Assembly: GCA_040400605.1 (NCBI GenBank)
Contig: JBBAPZ010000001.1
Coordinates: 83,290-147,289 of the forward strand
Origin: Candidatus Sericytochromatia bacterium
Lineage (GTDB): Bacteria > Cyanobacteriota > Sericytochromatia > S15B-MN24 > JAQBPE01
Direction: 5' to 3'
DNA length: 64,000 bases
The notes beneath the pieces were generated by a model, which ran no database searches, was not told the origin of the DNA, and saw only the letters and a list, made by a program, of their open reading frames with translations. The translations under genes and the position numbers were made by a program. Position 1 is the stretch's first letter. Every line of letters starts with the position of its first letter. This document shows, piece after piece, positions 10,677 to 20,842 of the stretch.

Positions 10677-11888
10677 ATGTTTAAAAAGGTATTGAGATGG
10701 CTTGTCGTTCCTGCCGTGTCGGCTGCACTGACGGGCTGTCAGACTTCCGCCCCGACTTTGCAACAGTCAACAGATGTGACATCGATGGCGGGAGATTTCG
10801 ACACCCCTCATCCAGATGACATTCGGGTACTTCCAACGTTACGTGACGGCAAGCGCAGGCTCCAGGCCATTCCGGTGAGCGAGGTCGACCCTGCGCGTTC
10901 CTTATTAGTGAGAAACCTTCGCGTGGTGAATGATCCGGTACGAACAGCCGCGGGTGGCGCCTGGCATTTTGGTACCCTCATCAAGCGCATGTGTGGTACC
11001 CATAACCCCTCTACGTTTACGACGGAATGGTTGAACACCTGGAAAACCGAGCAAACGATCAAAGGTCATACAATCGCTGCTCGTGCAGCGATTGATAGCT
11101 TGGTGATCACGCCTTGGCTTAGGGCGAGCGGGGGGGCAGTCTTAAATCTTGATAGAGCGCCTTTTCGGTTGCTTGCGATCGTGAATCGCGTTGATCTCCG
11201 GACAGCGGGTAACTATGGGGAGGGGCGCTTCATATACGGCGTTCTCGACGGCAGTGGCAACCCGACGCCGTTTACTGTCATTCTTGAATATGGTATCCCC
11301 AGTTCCTTGGCACCGGATCTGAAAACATGGGCGACGCGATGGCAGAATCTGGCGAACTTGCCGGTTGGTACTGAAAACTATAACCGCGCCCTGCAAACGA
11401 TCACCGATTCGTTCACTATGGCGGGGGCAAACCCAAACAAGCCAAATGGCAGCGCACTGAATCAGTTGCGAACCAACGAAATCGCACTTGGCTCGCCGTG
11501 GGAGCTGCGTGAGTTTAGAATCGCAGCACAAGGGCGTATGCGACACCGGCCCACACAGCAAACACCACGTCAATCGCTCAACAACACGCAAGAACTCGCC
11601 ACATTTATCAATGCCAATGAGTCGGCCATCTTAAACGACAAACACGTGGTGCCTCCGTCGATGTTGGGTGGGAGTTCGCTTGACCTCGGGCCGTGGACAG
11701 CGCCCGGTGTCAGTGAAGACGTGCGAGCAGCATTTGCCACCGCTACGTGCATCGGTTGTCACACAGGCGAGACCGGAACACGCTTCACCCACGTCACACC
11801 GAGATTGCGAGGAGCCGAATCAACCATATCGACCTTCCTGGAAATGAAACTGAGGTCACGTGCTCAGGATTTTGCAAGCTTGCTCTAA
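10677..11888 (+). CDS. Hypothetical lipoprotein with C-terminal CxxCH (possible c-type heme protein)
   Basis: Signal peptide with lipobox LTGC; TCIGCHT near the C-terminus; AAGGA RBS. Confidence 0.8.
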   Translation: MFKKVLRWLVVPAVSAALTGCQTSAPTLQQSTDVTSMAGDFDTPHPDDIRVLPTLRDGKRRLQAIPVSEVDPARSLLVRNLRVVNDPVRTAAGGAWHFGTLIKRMCGTHNPSTFTTEWLNTWKTEQTIKGHTIAARAAIDSLVITPWLRASGGAVLNLDRAPFRLLAIVNRVDLRTAGNYGEGRFIYGVLDGSGNPTPFTVILEYGIPSSLAPDLKTWATRWQNLANLPVGTENYNRALQTITDSFTMAGANPNKPNGSALNQLRTNEIALGSPWELREFRIAAQGRMRHRPTQQTPRQSLNNTQELATFINANESAILNDKHVVPPSMLGGSSLDLGPWTAPGVSEDVRAAFATATCIGCHTGETGTRFTHVTPRLRGAESTISTFLEMKLRSRAQDFASLL

Positions 11889-12260
11889 GACCAGTCAGCA
11901 TTTTGACTGTTGCTGATTTAAGTGAAAACCCGTGCGATCAGATTCCAATGCGTGGCGCAGTGGTTCACCTGGTGCGTACGGGTTTACGCCATACCTCGGT
12001 GGCGCCGCAAGATATGACGATGTCCGCTAAGGAAGCATCGCGTTAGCGCCACGAGGCTGTTTGGATAATCGTTGCTTGTGACGACGCGCGCAACCTGACA
12101 TTATACGGTGACGCATGGTTGGTGTTCAAAATTTGTGTAGCAAACTCAAAAACAGTCCGCACTGGCGTGTTGTTATTCACCAATCAGCCAGAATTTGATC
12201 ACCAATCAGCGCGCGCCTGTATAAGTCATTTTCGGTCAATCTTGCTACCGGCGAACGGAT

Positions 12261-13214
12261 TTATAATGTCCACCCCATCGGCGAATCGGAACCCGTTAAC
12301 ACGCGAATGTCTCCTCGCACCGTGTCGATCTGAATACGCCGCACCGCACGCTGCCCCGTCGCAAGCGGGCCTCTCACCAGGCCCGTGAACCCAGGCACAT
12401 CCTCCGGGTGGTCGCTCTGGGACAAGATGCCATCGCAATTAAACGTGCCATTGACCGTGTGAGCCTCCAATTCGCCTAAAAACGTTGGGGCGAGGCGCAA
12501 CGCAACGTTGCCGCGGTTGCTCTTGAGCATCACATCACTGTCCGCGCGAGAGGCTGTGATGGTGCCGGATTGAGAATCCGCAAAAAGATCCCCTGATACG
12601 CCCTCGACGGTGATGGCCCCGCGTTCCGTCGTCAGTTGGGCCCAACCGGTCAAGTCGCTGACCCGTATGTCTCCCTCCCGCAGTCGTATTCGCAGGCGTC
12701 CATTCAAGCCGTGCGCAAGCACGGGGCCCTTCTCTTGCTCGACCAGAACGCAGGTATCTTCCGGTACCGCCAACACGTAATCAAGCGCCCCATCCCCAAT
12801 GGCGGGCGCTTTATCCCCCACAGACCACCGTGCCTGGATATCCACCTGATTGGGCGCAGCTTCCTTGACATCGACCGCGGCGTCCAGTAGCCACGTCTGG
12901 CGCGCGGGAGGCCCAGCGAATCGCTTGACGGCCCGCACGACGATCGCACGTTGCTTCCAGCGCTTAATCGCGACTGAACCTTGTGGATTCCGCAAAGACA
13001 CGGTGACACTGCCTGGCTGGGTGACGGTGATGACACGCGAAAACTCAGAACGAACGGGTATCGGGCGCACGGAGGCCGAAATGGGCCCGGCGGTGGCCGT
13101 CCAAACTGGGTGGGTCATCACAAACGCGCAGGTAAGCAAGGCCGACACGCGGAGCACAGTGACCCTCCTTTCATATTTATGACCCATGACGCAAACGTGG
13201 GTCGAGCCAGACAT
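12261..13214 (-). CDS. DUF4097/putative adhesin-like beta-strand repeat protein
   Basis: Repeated units such as xTxxGxIx (LTTERGAITV, DSQSGTITA, KSNRGNVAL, HTVNGTF, DTVRGDIRV) after a signal-like segment. Start uncertain. Confidence 0.75.
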   Translation of the reverse strand: MSGSTHVCVMGHKYERRVTVLRVSALLTCAFVMTHPVWTATAGPISASVRPIPVRSEFSRVITVTQPGSVTVSLRNPQGSVAIKRWKQRAIVVRAVKRFAGPPARQTWLLDAAVDVKEAAPNQVDIQARWSVGDKAPAIGDGALDYVLAVPEDTCVLVEQEKGPVLAHGLNGRLRIRLREGDIRVSDLTGWAQLTTERGAITVEGVSGDLFADSQSGTITASRADSDVMLKSNRGNVALRLAPTFLGELEAHTVNGTFNCDGILSQSDHPEDVPGFTGLVRGPLATGQRAVRRIQIDTVRGDIRVLTGSDSPMGWTL

Positions 13215-14103
13215 ACAAGCCGTCCACTATCCAGTTGACCACAATGATGACCGTCGCGGCAAACAGGACTGTGCCCATGATCATCGGAATATCCAGGGTG
13301 TCAATCGCCTGCACGGCGAGTTGCCCAATCCCGGGCCAGGCAAAAACGCTTTCCGTCAACACCGCGCCGCCCAGCAGATTGGCAAAATCGACACCCAACA
13401 AGGTGACAAAGGGCATCAAGGCATTGCGCAACACATGGTGACCCACCACCCGATACTCGGTAACGCCTTTGGCACGGGCGGCCCTGACATAGTCCTTGCC
13501 CAATTCCTGCGTCATGCTTTGACGCAAGACCCGGGTGTAGTAAGCGGCGCCTGCAAGCCCGAGGGTTAAAGCGGGCAAGCACAAATGCCAGAGGGTGCCA
13601 GCGCCGCCGAGTGGGAACAAGGATAGGTGGTAGGCCAGCAGGAACAGCAAAACGAGTCCCATCCAAAACGTGGGGATGGACAAAGCGGCGATGGCAAGAC
13701 CTGCGATGAGGCGATCCACCCACGTGCCCGGACGCAGTGCAGCCCAAACGCCCAAGCCACCGCCAACGAGGACATAAACGGCCATCGCGGCAACAGCAAG
13801 CATCGCAGTCGCGCCGAAGCGCTCAAAAATCGCCGGCAACACCGCCTGCCCTGTGGCATAAGACACGCCCCAATCACCTTGCAAGGCATGGAACAGGTAG
13901 CGCCCGAGCCTGAGCCAGACCGGGTCGTCCAAACCCAGTTCGCGGGCGATCCGCGACACCGTCTCAGGATCGGCTTGCGCACCAGCCAGCAATTTGGCCG
14001 GATTGGCCGGAATCAGGTAAGTGATGACAAAAGTCAAAGTGGCGACGGTCAACCAGACCAGCAGCCCGCCCCATAACCGCATCAATCCACGCTGCACCAT
14101 CAC
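13177..14103 (-). CDS. Peptide/nickel ABC transporter permease (DppB/OppB family)
   Basis: LGLDDP, IPTFWMG, DYVRAARAKG, RNAL, GAVLTESVFAWPGIG and DPR motifs. Confidence 0.93.
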   Translation of the reverse strand: MMVQRGLMRLWGGLLVWLTVATLTFVITYLIPANPAKLLAGAQADPETVSRIARELGLDDPVWLRLGRYLFHALQGDWGVSYATGQAVLPAIFERFGATAMLAVAAMAVYVLVGGGLGVWAALRPGTWVDRLIAGLAIAALSIPTFWMGLVLLFLLAYHLSLFPLGGAGTLWHLCLPALTLGLAGAAYYTRVLRQSMTQELGKDYVRAARAKGVTEYRVVGHHVLRNALMPFVTLLGVDFANLLGGAVLTESVFAWPGIGQLAVQAIDTLDIPMIMGTVLFAATVIIVVNWIVDGLYVWLDPRLRHGS

Positions 14104-15752
14104 CGCTGCTCCATATCCAAATCCTCAACCATCAAGCCCCAGACGGGGTGTAATTGATGATTGCGCACCCACGGCGCATGGAACTGGGCCGTGAGCGGAA
14201 AATACAAGGGTACAACCGCCGCATCCCGAACAATCAAGCGCTCGGCCGCTCGGAACGATCGCATCCGCTCATCAAACCCGGCGTTGCGTTCTCCCCGATT
14301 CAGCCAATCATCCACGGCCTGGTTACGGTAAAATGAATCATTCAGGGAACCCACAGACCGGATGTTGCGACTGTGAAACATCGTGCTTAAAAAGTTGCTG
14401 GGGTCCAGATAGTCCGCGCTCCAGTTGCCACTGCCGATCGGCACCCGCCCGCGGGTCGATTTCGCTTCAAGGTACGTGGGGAGAGCCAGTGACTTGATGC
14501 TCACCCGGATACCAATCGCGGCCAGGTCTTGGCTGATCGCCTGCGCAATCCGACGCTGCGTGTCATTGGTGGTGCAGTAATAAGTTGTATCGAAACCCCG
14601 CGACAATCCTGCCTTGGCCAACGCCTCACGCGCGGCAGCCGGGTTGTAGGCCCAGCCGCGCAGCGTGGGATCAAAGCCCGGCAAGGTAGGCGGTAAGATG
14701 CCCTGCGCAACGACGCCTCGTCCATTGATCAATTGGATCAATTTGCGCTTGTCAATCGCCTGCGCCACCGCTTGACGCACGAAGGGGCGATCGAAAGGCG
14801 CCACTTCACAGTTGATCGTCACGTAATGAAACGCGGCGTGGGTGCCAGTCACCATTCGCTTCCCAAAGCCTGCATCGTCTTTGAGCCGCACGAAATCAGC
14901 CGATGACACCCCCCGTAACGCGCCGATGAGATCCAACTCACCTTTTTCAAATTTGAGCACTTCCAATGATTCATTCAGCCCCAACTCAAACGATACCCCA
15001 TCCAGAAAATAAGCCGCCCGCTCGTGTTGACGCGCCTGTCGACGCACAATCACGCGCTGTCCCACCACCCACTTTTCAAATCGAAATGGCCCAGTTCCGA
15101 TCGGGCGGCGCGCCAATTGCGCCCCAGCGACACCTTCCGGCACCACCGAGGCAAATGGCATGGCAAGCAGCTGTAGAAAGATTGGGTTAGCTCGCTTCAA
15201 TGTAATGCGCAATTGATCGGGGTGAATGGCGACAATGCCCAAAGGCGTGTTCACCTGTCCAGCCAATCGCTCGGCGGCCCCCACAGTGTCCGCGTAAAAA
15301 GCGGCACCCGGCGACCGGGTGGCAGGATCAAACAAGCGTTGAAAGCTGTAAACGACGTCGCGTGCTTGGCACGGTCGGCCATCATGAAAGGTCAGACCGG
15401 GCGGCAAGAAAAAATCATAAACCAGACCTGTCGCATCAACGCGCCAACGGGTGGCCAAATCACCCACCACCTGACCCTTGCGATCATACGTGACCAAGGT
15501 GTTGTAAAGCAGGTGGGCCACGGCCCAACTGGGGATGTCATAGCCAATGGCTGGATCCAGGGAGCGAACCCCGTCTTGTAAACCGACACGCAATACCTTG
15601 CCTGCCCAGTCAGGGTTGTGACACCCGCCTAGCCCAAGCAACAGCGCGAGGACGATTCCAGTCGCACCCGACAACCTCGATGGCGATCGCAAGGATAATA
15701 CCCCCCAAACAAGGCTGCGGTCAGGCGATCGCAACGGACAGCAAGCCGGCAC
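14100..15752 (-). CDS. Peptide ABC transporter substrate-binding lipoprotein (family 5)
   Basis: Lipobox-like LGGC, SLDPA, FHDG, PIGTGPF, VRQAVAQAID and WSADYLDP. True start is probably downstream of 15752. Confidence 0.92.
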   Translation of the reverse strand: MPACCPLRSPDRSLVWGVLSLRSPSRLSGATGIVLALLLGLGGCHNPDWAGKVLRVGLQDGVRSLDPAIGYDIPSWAVAHLLYNTLVTYDRKGQVVGDLATRWRVDATGLVYDFFLPPGLTFHDGRPCQARDVVYSFQRLFDPATRSPGAAFYADTVGAAERLAGQVNTPLGIVAIHPDQLRITLKRANPIFLQLLAMPFASVVPEGVAGAQLARRPIGTGPFRFEKWVVGQRVIVRRQARQHERAAYFLDGVSFELGLNESLEVLKFEKGELDLIGALRGVSSADFVRLKDDAGFGKRMVTGTHAAFHYVTINCEVAPFDRPFVRQAVAQAIDKRKLIQLINGRGVVAQGILPPTLPGFDPTLRGWAYNPAAAREALAKAGLSRGFDTTYYCTTNDTQRRIAQAISQDLAAIGIRVSIKSLALPTYLEAKSTRGRVPIGSGNWSADYLDPSNFLSTMFHSRNIRSVGSLNDSFYRNQAVDDWLNRGERNAGFDERMRSFRAAERLIVRDAAVVPLYFPLTAQFHAPWVRNHQLHPVWGLMVEDLDMEQR

Positions 15753-16129
15753 TCACGGCCTGAAAACGCTACCATCATTGTAGCATTCGCGCGAAACACC
15801 ATCACAAAGACGATGGGTGAATCACCGCGTCAGGTCTGGTTCGAGTGTTCCACGCCGGAAAGCGGACTGGGCCGGTTCCCTTGGAACGCAGCGCTTTCAA
15901 CGACAAGATGATGGGCTTTTTTTTCGGGTCTCGTGCAAAGACCGGTTTAACACACGTCTCAATGCGTCAATCACGTCATCACCGCTGATAGTGACCGACA
16001 AGGCTGGTACACCCCGCAATCATCACCACAAAGTCTGGTTGATTCCGTAGCACATTAACGCCAGATTTTTTTCCCAGTCACGTCAGTTTAAGCGCATCGG
16101 GTCGATAAGGTCTGGGCGTGGCTGTTTGA

Positions 16130-17392
16130 GTGGAGATGATTTTGCGCAAAACCAAGCATTTTCGAGCAACCGTGATCGGTGCGTGTATCGTTTTGAGCGT
16201 CGCTGTCCTGGCTGCGTGCGGGCGATCGCCGGTAAAAGCCGTCACCCCCGGTACGGACGGGGCCACCAAGCCACAGGCCGTGTCGTTGCAATACGCCAGT
16301 CGCGCAGAACTTGCCCGGTGGGTCGCGCAGGGATTTGAACCTTATGGTGTGGATTGGGATGCCCAAATCGTGCACGGCAGCGCACCAGAGCGCCTGCGTT
16401 TGCAGTGGCAGCAACAAAAAGTCCGCTATGACGCTCTGGAGGCGCCCTATGGCACGCGCAACGTGTTTGACAAGGGCTATCACACGTACGAGGCGATGAC
16501 GGCCTACCTACAGGATTTGAGTCGTCGTCACGCGGAACTGGTAACACTGAAGCCCATTGGCGCGACCTATGAAACCAGCACAGGTCGCGCGAGCCGCCCA
16601 ATTTGGTCGGTGCGGATCACAGGCGCCGGCGATTCACGCAATCGTCCTGCGGTGGCGTTCACCGCCAACTTGCATGCCCGCGAGCTCGTTACCGTTGAGG
16701 TGGCGCTATCCTTAATCAAGGAATTGGTCGAAGGATACGCAACGGACCCACGGATCGCCAAACTGCTCGATGAGCGCGTGGTGCACATTGTGCCGATGGC
16801 CAACCCGGATGGGCACATCAAGGCGGAGCAGGGCTTGAACTGGCGCAAGAACACCCACCCGTTTATCGGCGGCATCGGGGTGGATTTGAACCGTAATTTC
16901 CCGTTTCAGTGGTCGAATGCGGGTGCGACCGGTGAGACAGGGTCGGACATCTACGCAGGCCCTGAGCCCGCTTCGGAACCGGAAACACAAGCCCTGATGC
17001 AATACTTGCGCAGCATACCCAACCTGCGTATTGGCATGGATTACCACGCTTACTCCAATCTGGTGATGTGGAGCTGGGGTTATACGGACAAAAAAGCCAA
17101 AGATGCGGCACTACTTGAATCCATCGGCAAAAAACTGGCATCTTTTAACGGTTACAAGGCCATTCAAGCGAATGAACTATATCCAACCACCGGCACGATT
17201 CGCGACTTCGTTTACGGCACACTCGGTATCCCCTACTTTACAACTGAAATCGGTTCTGTCCGGGACGGGTTTGATCCACCACACGCGCGGGTTGCTGCAC
17301 TTTGGGCGCAAAATCGTCCTGGGGCCTTTTATCTGCTTGAGATTGCAGACAATCCGGCACAAGTGTTAAAGGCACAACACGCCAAGCGCTGA
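16130..17392 (+). CDS. M14 zinc carboxypeptidase (carboxypeptidase T-like) lipoprotein
   Basis: LAAC lipobox, HARE, NPDG, WRKN, GVDLNRNF, SEPETQA, DYHAY and TTEI. Confidence 0.93.
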   Translation: MEMILRKTKHFRATVIGACIVLSVAVLAACGRSPVKAVTPGTDGATKPQAVSLQYASRAELARWVAQGFEPYGVDWDAQIVHGSAPERLRLQWQQQKVRYDALEAPYGTRNVFDKGYHTYEAMTAYLQDLSRRHAELVTLKPIGATYETSTGRASRPIWSVRITGAGDSRNRPAVAFTANLHARELVTVEVALSLIKELVEGYATDPRIAKLLDERVVHIVPMANPDGHIKAEQGLNWRKNTHPFIGGIGVDLNRNFPFQWSNAGATGETGSDIYAGPEPASEPETQALMQYLRSIPNLRIGMDYHAYSNLVMWSWGYTDKKAKDAALLESIGKKLASFNGYKAIQANELYPTTGTIRDFVYGTLGIPYFTTEIGSVRDGFDPPHARVAALWAQNRPGAFYLLEIADNPAQVLKAQHAKR

Positions 17393-17588
17393 GCGACGCA
17401 CATCGGCTTTGGTTCACCATCAGAACGGCCCCCCGCATGGATACCCGGCACGTACCTGGACCACCCTTTGTGCCCCAGGGTGCATCCCTCTGATTTGAAC
17501 GGGGCAAACGTTGATAAAAGATGGGTTTCTCATCGCTTCGTCCGCCACAAACCAACCCTCAGATTGCCTGATCGTTCGTTGAATATTC

Positions 17589-17615
17589 GGTGTGACCGTG
17601 CGGCACGGTCACACC
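17589..17615. repeat. Perfect 13-bp inverted repeat with 1-nt spacer
   Basis: GGTGTGACCGTGC-G-GCACGGTCACACC. Confidence 0.9.
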
Positions 17616-17705
17616 CGGCATCGGTCGGCTTACCCTTGCGTACAGTTCGGATGGTCAGCGTCCGTCCGGTGAAATTGATGGTTGCAGCCACAAGGTGTTA
17701 TATTT

Positions 17706-17976
17706 AGCCCGACAGCGGGAATGAAGTCGGCACGTCCGTCGCTCTGACACCACTGGCCGCAACCTTGATGGGATTCCCTTGTCAGTGCTCCGTGACGTGC
17801 GTTTTCTGAATCAAACCCTACCGTTTTTATATGAAGCCTTGCCAAGATTGAAGTCTTGATACCGGACGGGCATCCGTTTTTCATCGCAGCTACGACACTT
17901 CTCTGGTCGACAGTGCGCCGGATCGGGCATCCATCGGGTTTGGCCGGGTTGTTGTGAACCCCGCTTCGGGCTGTCT
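17706..17976 (+). ncRNA. Candidate structured RNA upstream of rny (6S RNA-like or leader)
   Basis: Extended -10-like TGnTATATT at 17696-17704; several complementary segments (see findings); no convincing ORF. Confidence 0.4.
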
Positions 17977-18011
17977 CTGAATTTTGTCCAGTTCAAGCTG
18001 TAGATAGTGAT

Positions 18012-19565
18012 GTGTTAATGAATCCGGATCCATTGGCGATAGTTTTGTTCATCCTTGGCGCGTTGGCCATCTTTTTTGCTTATCGGAAGTACACCCACGT
18101 GAAGGTGTTGATCGCAGAAACGGCGCAGGCGCGCCGATCACTGGAACTCGAAGCCGAAAAATTGCGCGCGGAAGCCTTGGTTGATGCCGAGAAGCAGCGT
18201 GCCAAGATGCTCGCTGAATCCGAAGCCTTGATGGAGCGCAAAGAAAGTGAACTGCGTGAGCACAAGGTGGAAATCAAGCAACTCGAAGGCCGTGTGTTGC
18301 ACAAAGAAGAGTTGCTCGAGCGCAAAGCCACGACCTTGGACGAAAGGGATGTGCAGCTTCGTGAACAGTCGGTTCACCTGGAAAAAGTCTCGGAAGAACT
18401 GGAACAGCGGCGCAAGGATTTGGCGCGGGAACTGGAGCGTATTGGGGGTTTGAGCGCCGAAGCCGCGCGAATCCAGTTACTCAAGTCGTTGGAGGATGAG
18501 TTACGTCAGGAGATGGGGCGGATGATTCGCGATGCTGAGAGCCAGGCACGCGAGCAGGCGGACAAAAAAGCGAGGGATATTATCACGACCGCGATACAGC
18601 GATGCGCGGTCGATCACACGGTTGATGCGACGGTGACGGTGGTTGCGTTGCCCAATGATGAAATGAAAGGCCGAATCATTGGCCGCGAGGGACGCAACAT
18701 TCGCGCACTGGAGGCTGCGACCGGCATTGACCTCATCATCGATGACACACCTGAGGCGGTAATTTTGAGCAGTTTCGATCCGGTCAGGCGTGAGGTTGCC
18801 CGGATCACGTTGGAAAAGCTGATCGCAGATGGTCGCATTCATCCCACACGCATTGATGAGGTGGTTGAGAAGGCGCGCGAGGAGGTTGAAAAGCAGATTC
18901 GCGAGGACGGCGAGAACGCGTGCCTTGAAGCGCAGGTTCCCGGTGTGCATCCCGAGCTGGTTAAAGTCCTTGGTCGATTGCGTTACCGGACATCCTATGG
19001 CCAAAACGTACTCAGCCATTCGGTTGAAGTTGCGCACATCTGTGCCGCGATCGCGGCTGAACTGGGTGCGGACATTGCCTTGGCGCGACGTGCCGGCTTG
19101 TTGCACGACATCGGCAAGGCATTGTCGCATGAGGTCGAGGGTCCCCACGCCTTGGTCGGCGGGGATTTGTGTCGCCGGTATGGTGAATCACCCAAAACGG
19201 TGAATGCGATCGCAGCACACCACCTGGATGTACCCCAAGAAAGCGTCGAGGCCGTTTTGGTCCAGGTGGCGGATGCGATTTCGGCCTCGCGGCCAGGGGC
19301 ACGCCGCGACACCATCGACATTTACATCAAGCGTTTGGAAAAGCTCGAGCAAATTGCACGCTCTTTTAATGGTGTCGAGCGCAGTTATGCCGTTCAGGCT
19401 GGCCGAGAAATACGAATCGTCGTGCAGCCATCCGTGGTAGACGATCAAGAGTCTGCGAAGCTGGCCCGGGATGTCGCGCGTAAGATTGAATCAGAGTTGG
19501 AATATCCAGGCCAAATCAAGGTCACGGTGGTACGTGAAACCCGGGCGACGGAATACGCGAAGTAG
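18012..19565 (+). CDS. rny: Ribonuclease Y
   Basis: N-terminal TM helix, coiled coil, KH domain ([13 protein letters not shown]) and HD domain (LLHDIGK). Confidence 0.98.
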   Translation: MLMNPDPLAIVLFILGALAIFFAYRKYTHVKVLIAETAQARRSLELEAEKLRAEALVDAEKQRAKMLAESEALMERKESELREHKVEIKQLEGRVLHKEELLERKATTLDERDVQLREQSVHLEKVSEELEQRRKDLARELERIGGLSAEAARIQLLKSLEDELRQEMGRMIRDAESQAREQADKKARDIITTAIQRCAVDHTVDATVTVVALPNDEMKGRIIGREGRNIRALEAATGIDLIIDDTPEAVILSSFDPVRREVARITLEKLIADGRIHPTRIDEVVEKAREEVEKQIREDGENACLEAQVPGVHPELVKVLGRLRYRTSYGQNVLSHSVEVAHICAAIAAELGADIALARRAGLLHDIGKALSHEVEGPHALVGGDLCRRYGESPKTVNAIAAHHLDVPQESVEAVLVQVADAISASRPGARRDTIDIYIKRLEKLEQIARSFNGVERSYAVQAGREIRIVVQPSVVDDQESAKLARDVARKIESELEYPGQIKVTVVRETRATEYAK

Positions 19566-19601
19566 CATGGTTGTGATGGTCGCGATAACTAAGGGGCTGA
19601 C

Positions 19602-20402
19602 GTGAAGTCATCAGGGGAGCGTCCTTTGCGGGTCTTGTTTGTCGGCGATGTTGTCGGGCGCGCTGGACGCGAAGCGTTGGCGCGACAATTGGAGCGGGTG
19701 CGGGCTGTATCACCGCCAGACCTGGTCGTGGTGAATGGCGAAAACGCTGCAGGCGGATTTGGTTTGACGGAGGCAGTCTTTCACGAGTTGTTGAGTTTGG
19801 GTGTTGATGTGGTGACACTGGGCAACCATGCGTGGGACAAGCCGGAAATTTTGCGATTTATCAGCGAGGCGAACCAGTTGGTACGGCCGCTTAACTTTCC
19901 GGACGGTTCACCGGGACGGGGTTGGACCATTCGAACGGTGGAGCATCACAATGTGGCGGTCGTTAATATGTCGGGCCGTGTCTTCATGCCGGCGCCGCTA
20001 GACTGTCCATTCAGGGCGATTGAAAAGACCCTGCCGCAGCTTGAGACGCCGTTGGTCATCGTGGACTTTCACGCTGAAGCGACGGCGGAAAAAAAGGCGA
20101 TGGGACATTTTCTTGATGGGCGTGTGTCGGCTGTGTTGGGTACCCATACGCACGTGCAGACGGCTGATGATCAGATTTTGCCCGGCGGTACGGCGTATAT
20201 CAGTGATGTGGGGATGACCGGGCCATTTGAGTCGGTGATTGGTATGAAGATCGAGGGTGCCACCCGCAAAATGGTGCAGGGGTTACCGGGTCGACTTGAG
20301 ACCGCGGAGGGCCCGGCGCAATTCAATGCCGTGATGCTTCACCTAGATGCCGTTACTGGCAAGGCCTTGACAATTGAACGCTTGAACTGCCCCCGTGGCT
20401 GA
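19602..20402 (+). CDS. ymdB: YmdB-family (TIGR00282) metallophosphoesterase
   Basis: GDVVG, NGENAAGG, GNHAWD, DFHAEAT, GTHTHV and DVGMTG; follows rny. Confidence 0.95.
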   Translation: MKSSGERPLRVLFVGDVVGRAGREALARQLERVRAVSPPDLVVVNGENAAGGFGLTEAVFHELLSLGVDVVTLGNHAWDKPEILRFISEANQLVRPLNFPDGSPGRGWTIRTVEHHNVAVVNMSGRVFMPAPLDCPFRAIEKTLPQLETPLVIVDFHAEATAEKKAMGHFLDGRVSAVLGTHTHVQTADDQILPGGTAYISDVGMTGPFESVIGMKIEGATRKMVQGLPGRLETAEGPAQFNAVMLHLDAVTGKALTIERLNCPRG

Positions 20403-20527
20403 TCTATGATGCAAACACGAAGGCAATCAGCAGACCGTCCGACGGTTGGTGCTGATTGCTGATCGCCATCGCTTCCATTGTCCCTGTCACTTCAGACCTT
20501 GCACGCCATTTTTACGGAGGATTGGTC

Positions 20528-20797
20528 ATGGATGTATTAAAGGTATCCGCGAAATCAAATCCAGGATCCGTTGCGGGTGCACTTGCCGGTGTCTTGAGAG
20601 AACACGGGCGTGCGGAGCTTCAAGCCATTGGAGCGGGTGCCCTCAATCAGGCAATCAAGGCGGTGGCGATCGCTCGCGGCTACGTCGCACCAAGCGGCTT
20701 GGACCTGGTTTGCATACCCGCATTCATTGACATCGACGTAGCCGGCGAAACCCGTACCGCCATCAAACTGCTGGTTGAACCGCGCCGCCTCGGTTAA
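20528..20797 (+). CDS. spoVS: SpoVS family protein
   Basis: MDVLKVSAKSNPGSVAGALAG...QAIGAGALNQAIKAVAIARG; GGAGG RBS. Confidence 0.96.
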   Translation: MDVLKVSAKSNPGSVAGALAGVLREHGRAELQAIGAGALNQAIKAVAIARGYVAPSGLDLVCIPAFIDIDVAGETRTAIKLLVEPRRLG

Positions 20798-20842
20798 GAC
20801 ACTGCTTCACCAAGGCAACGTGGGTATGACCGGGAAAGACGA

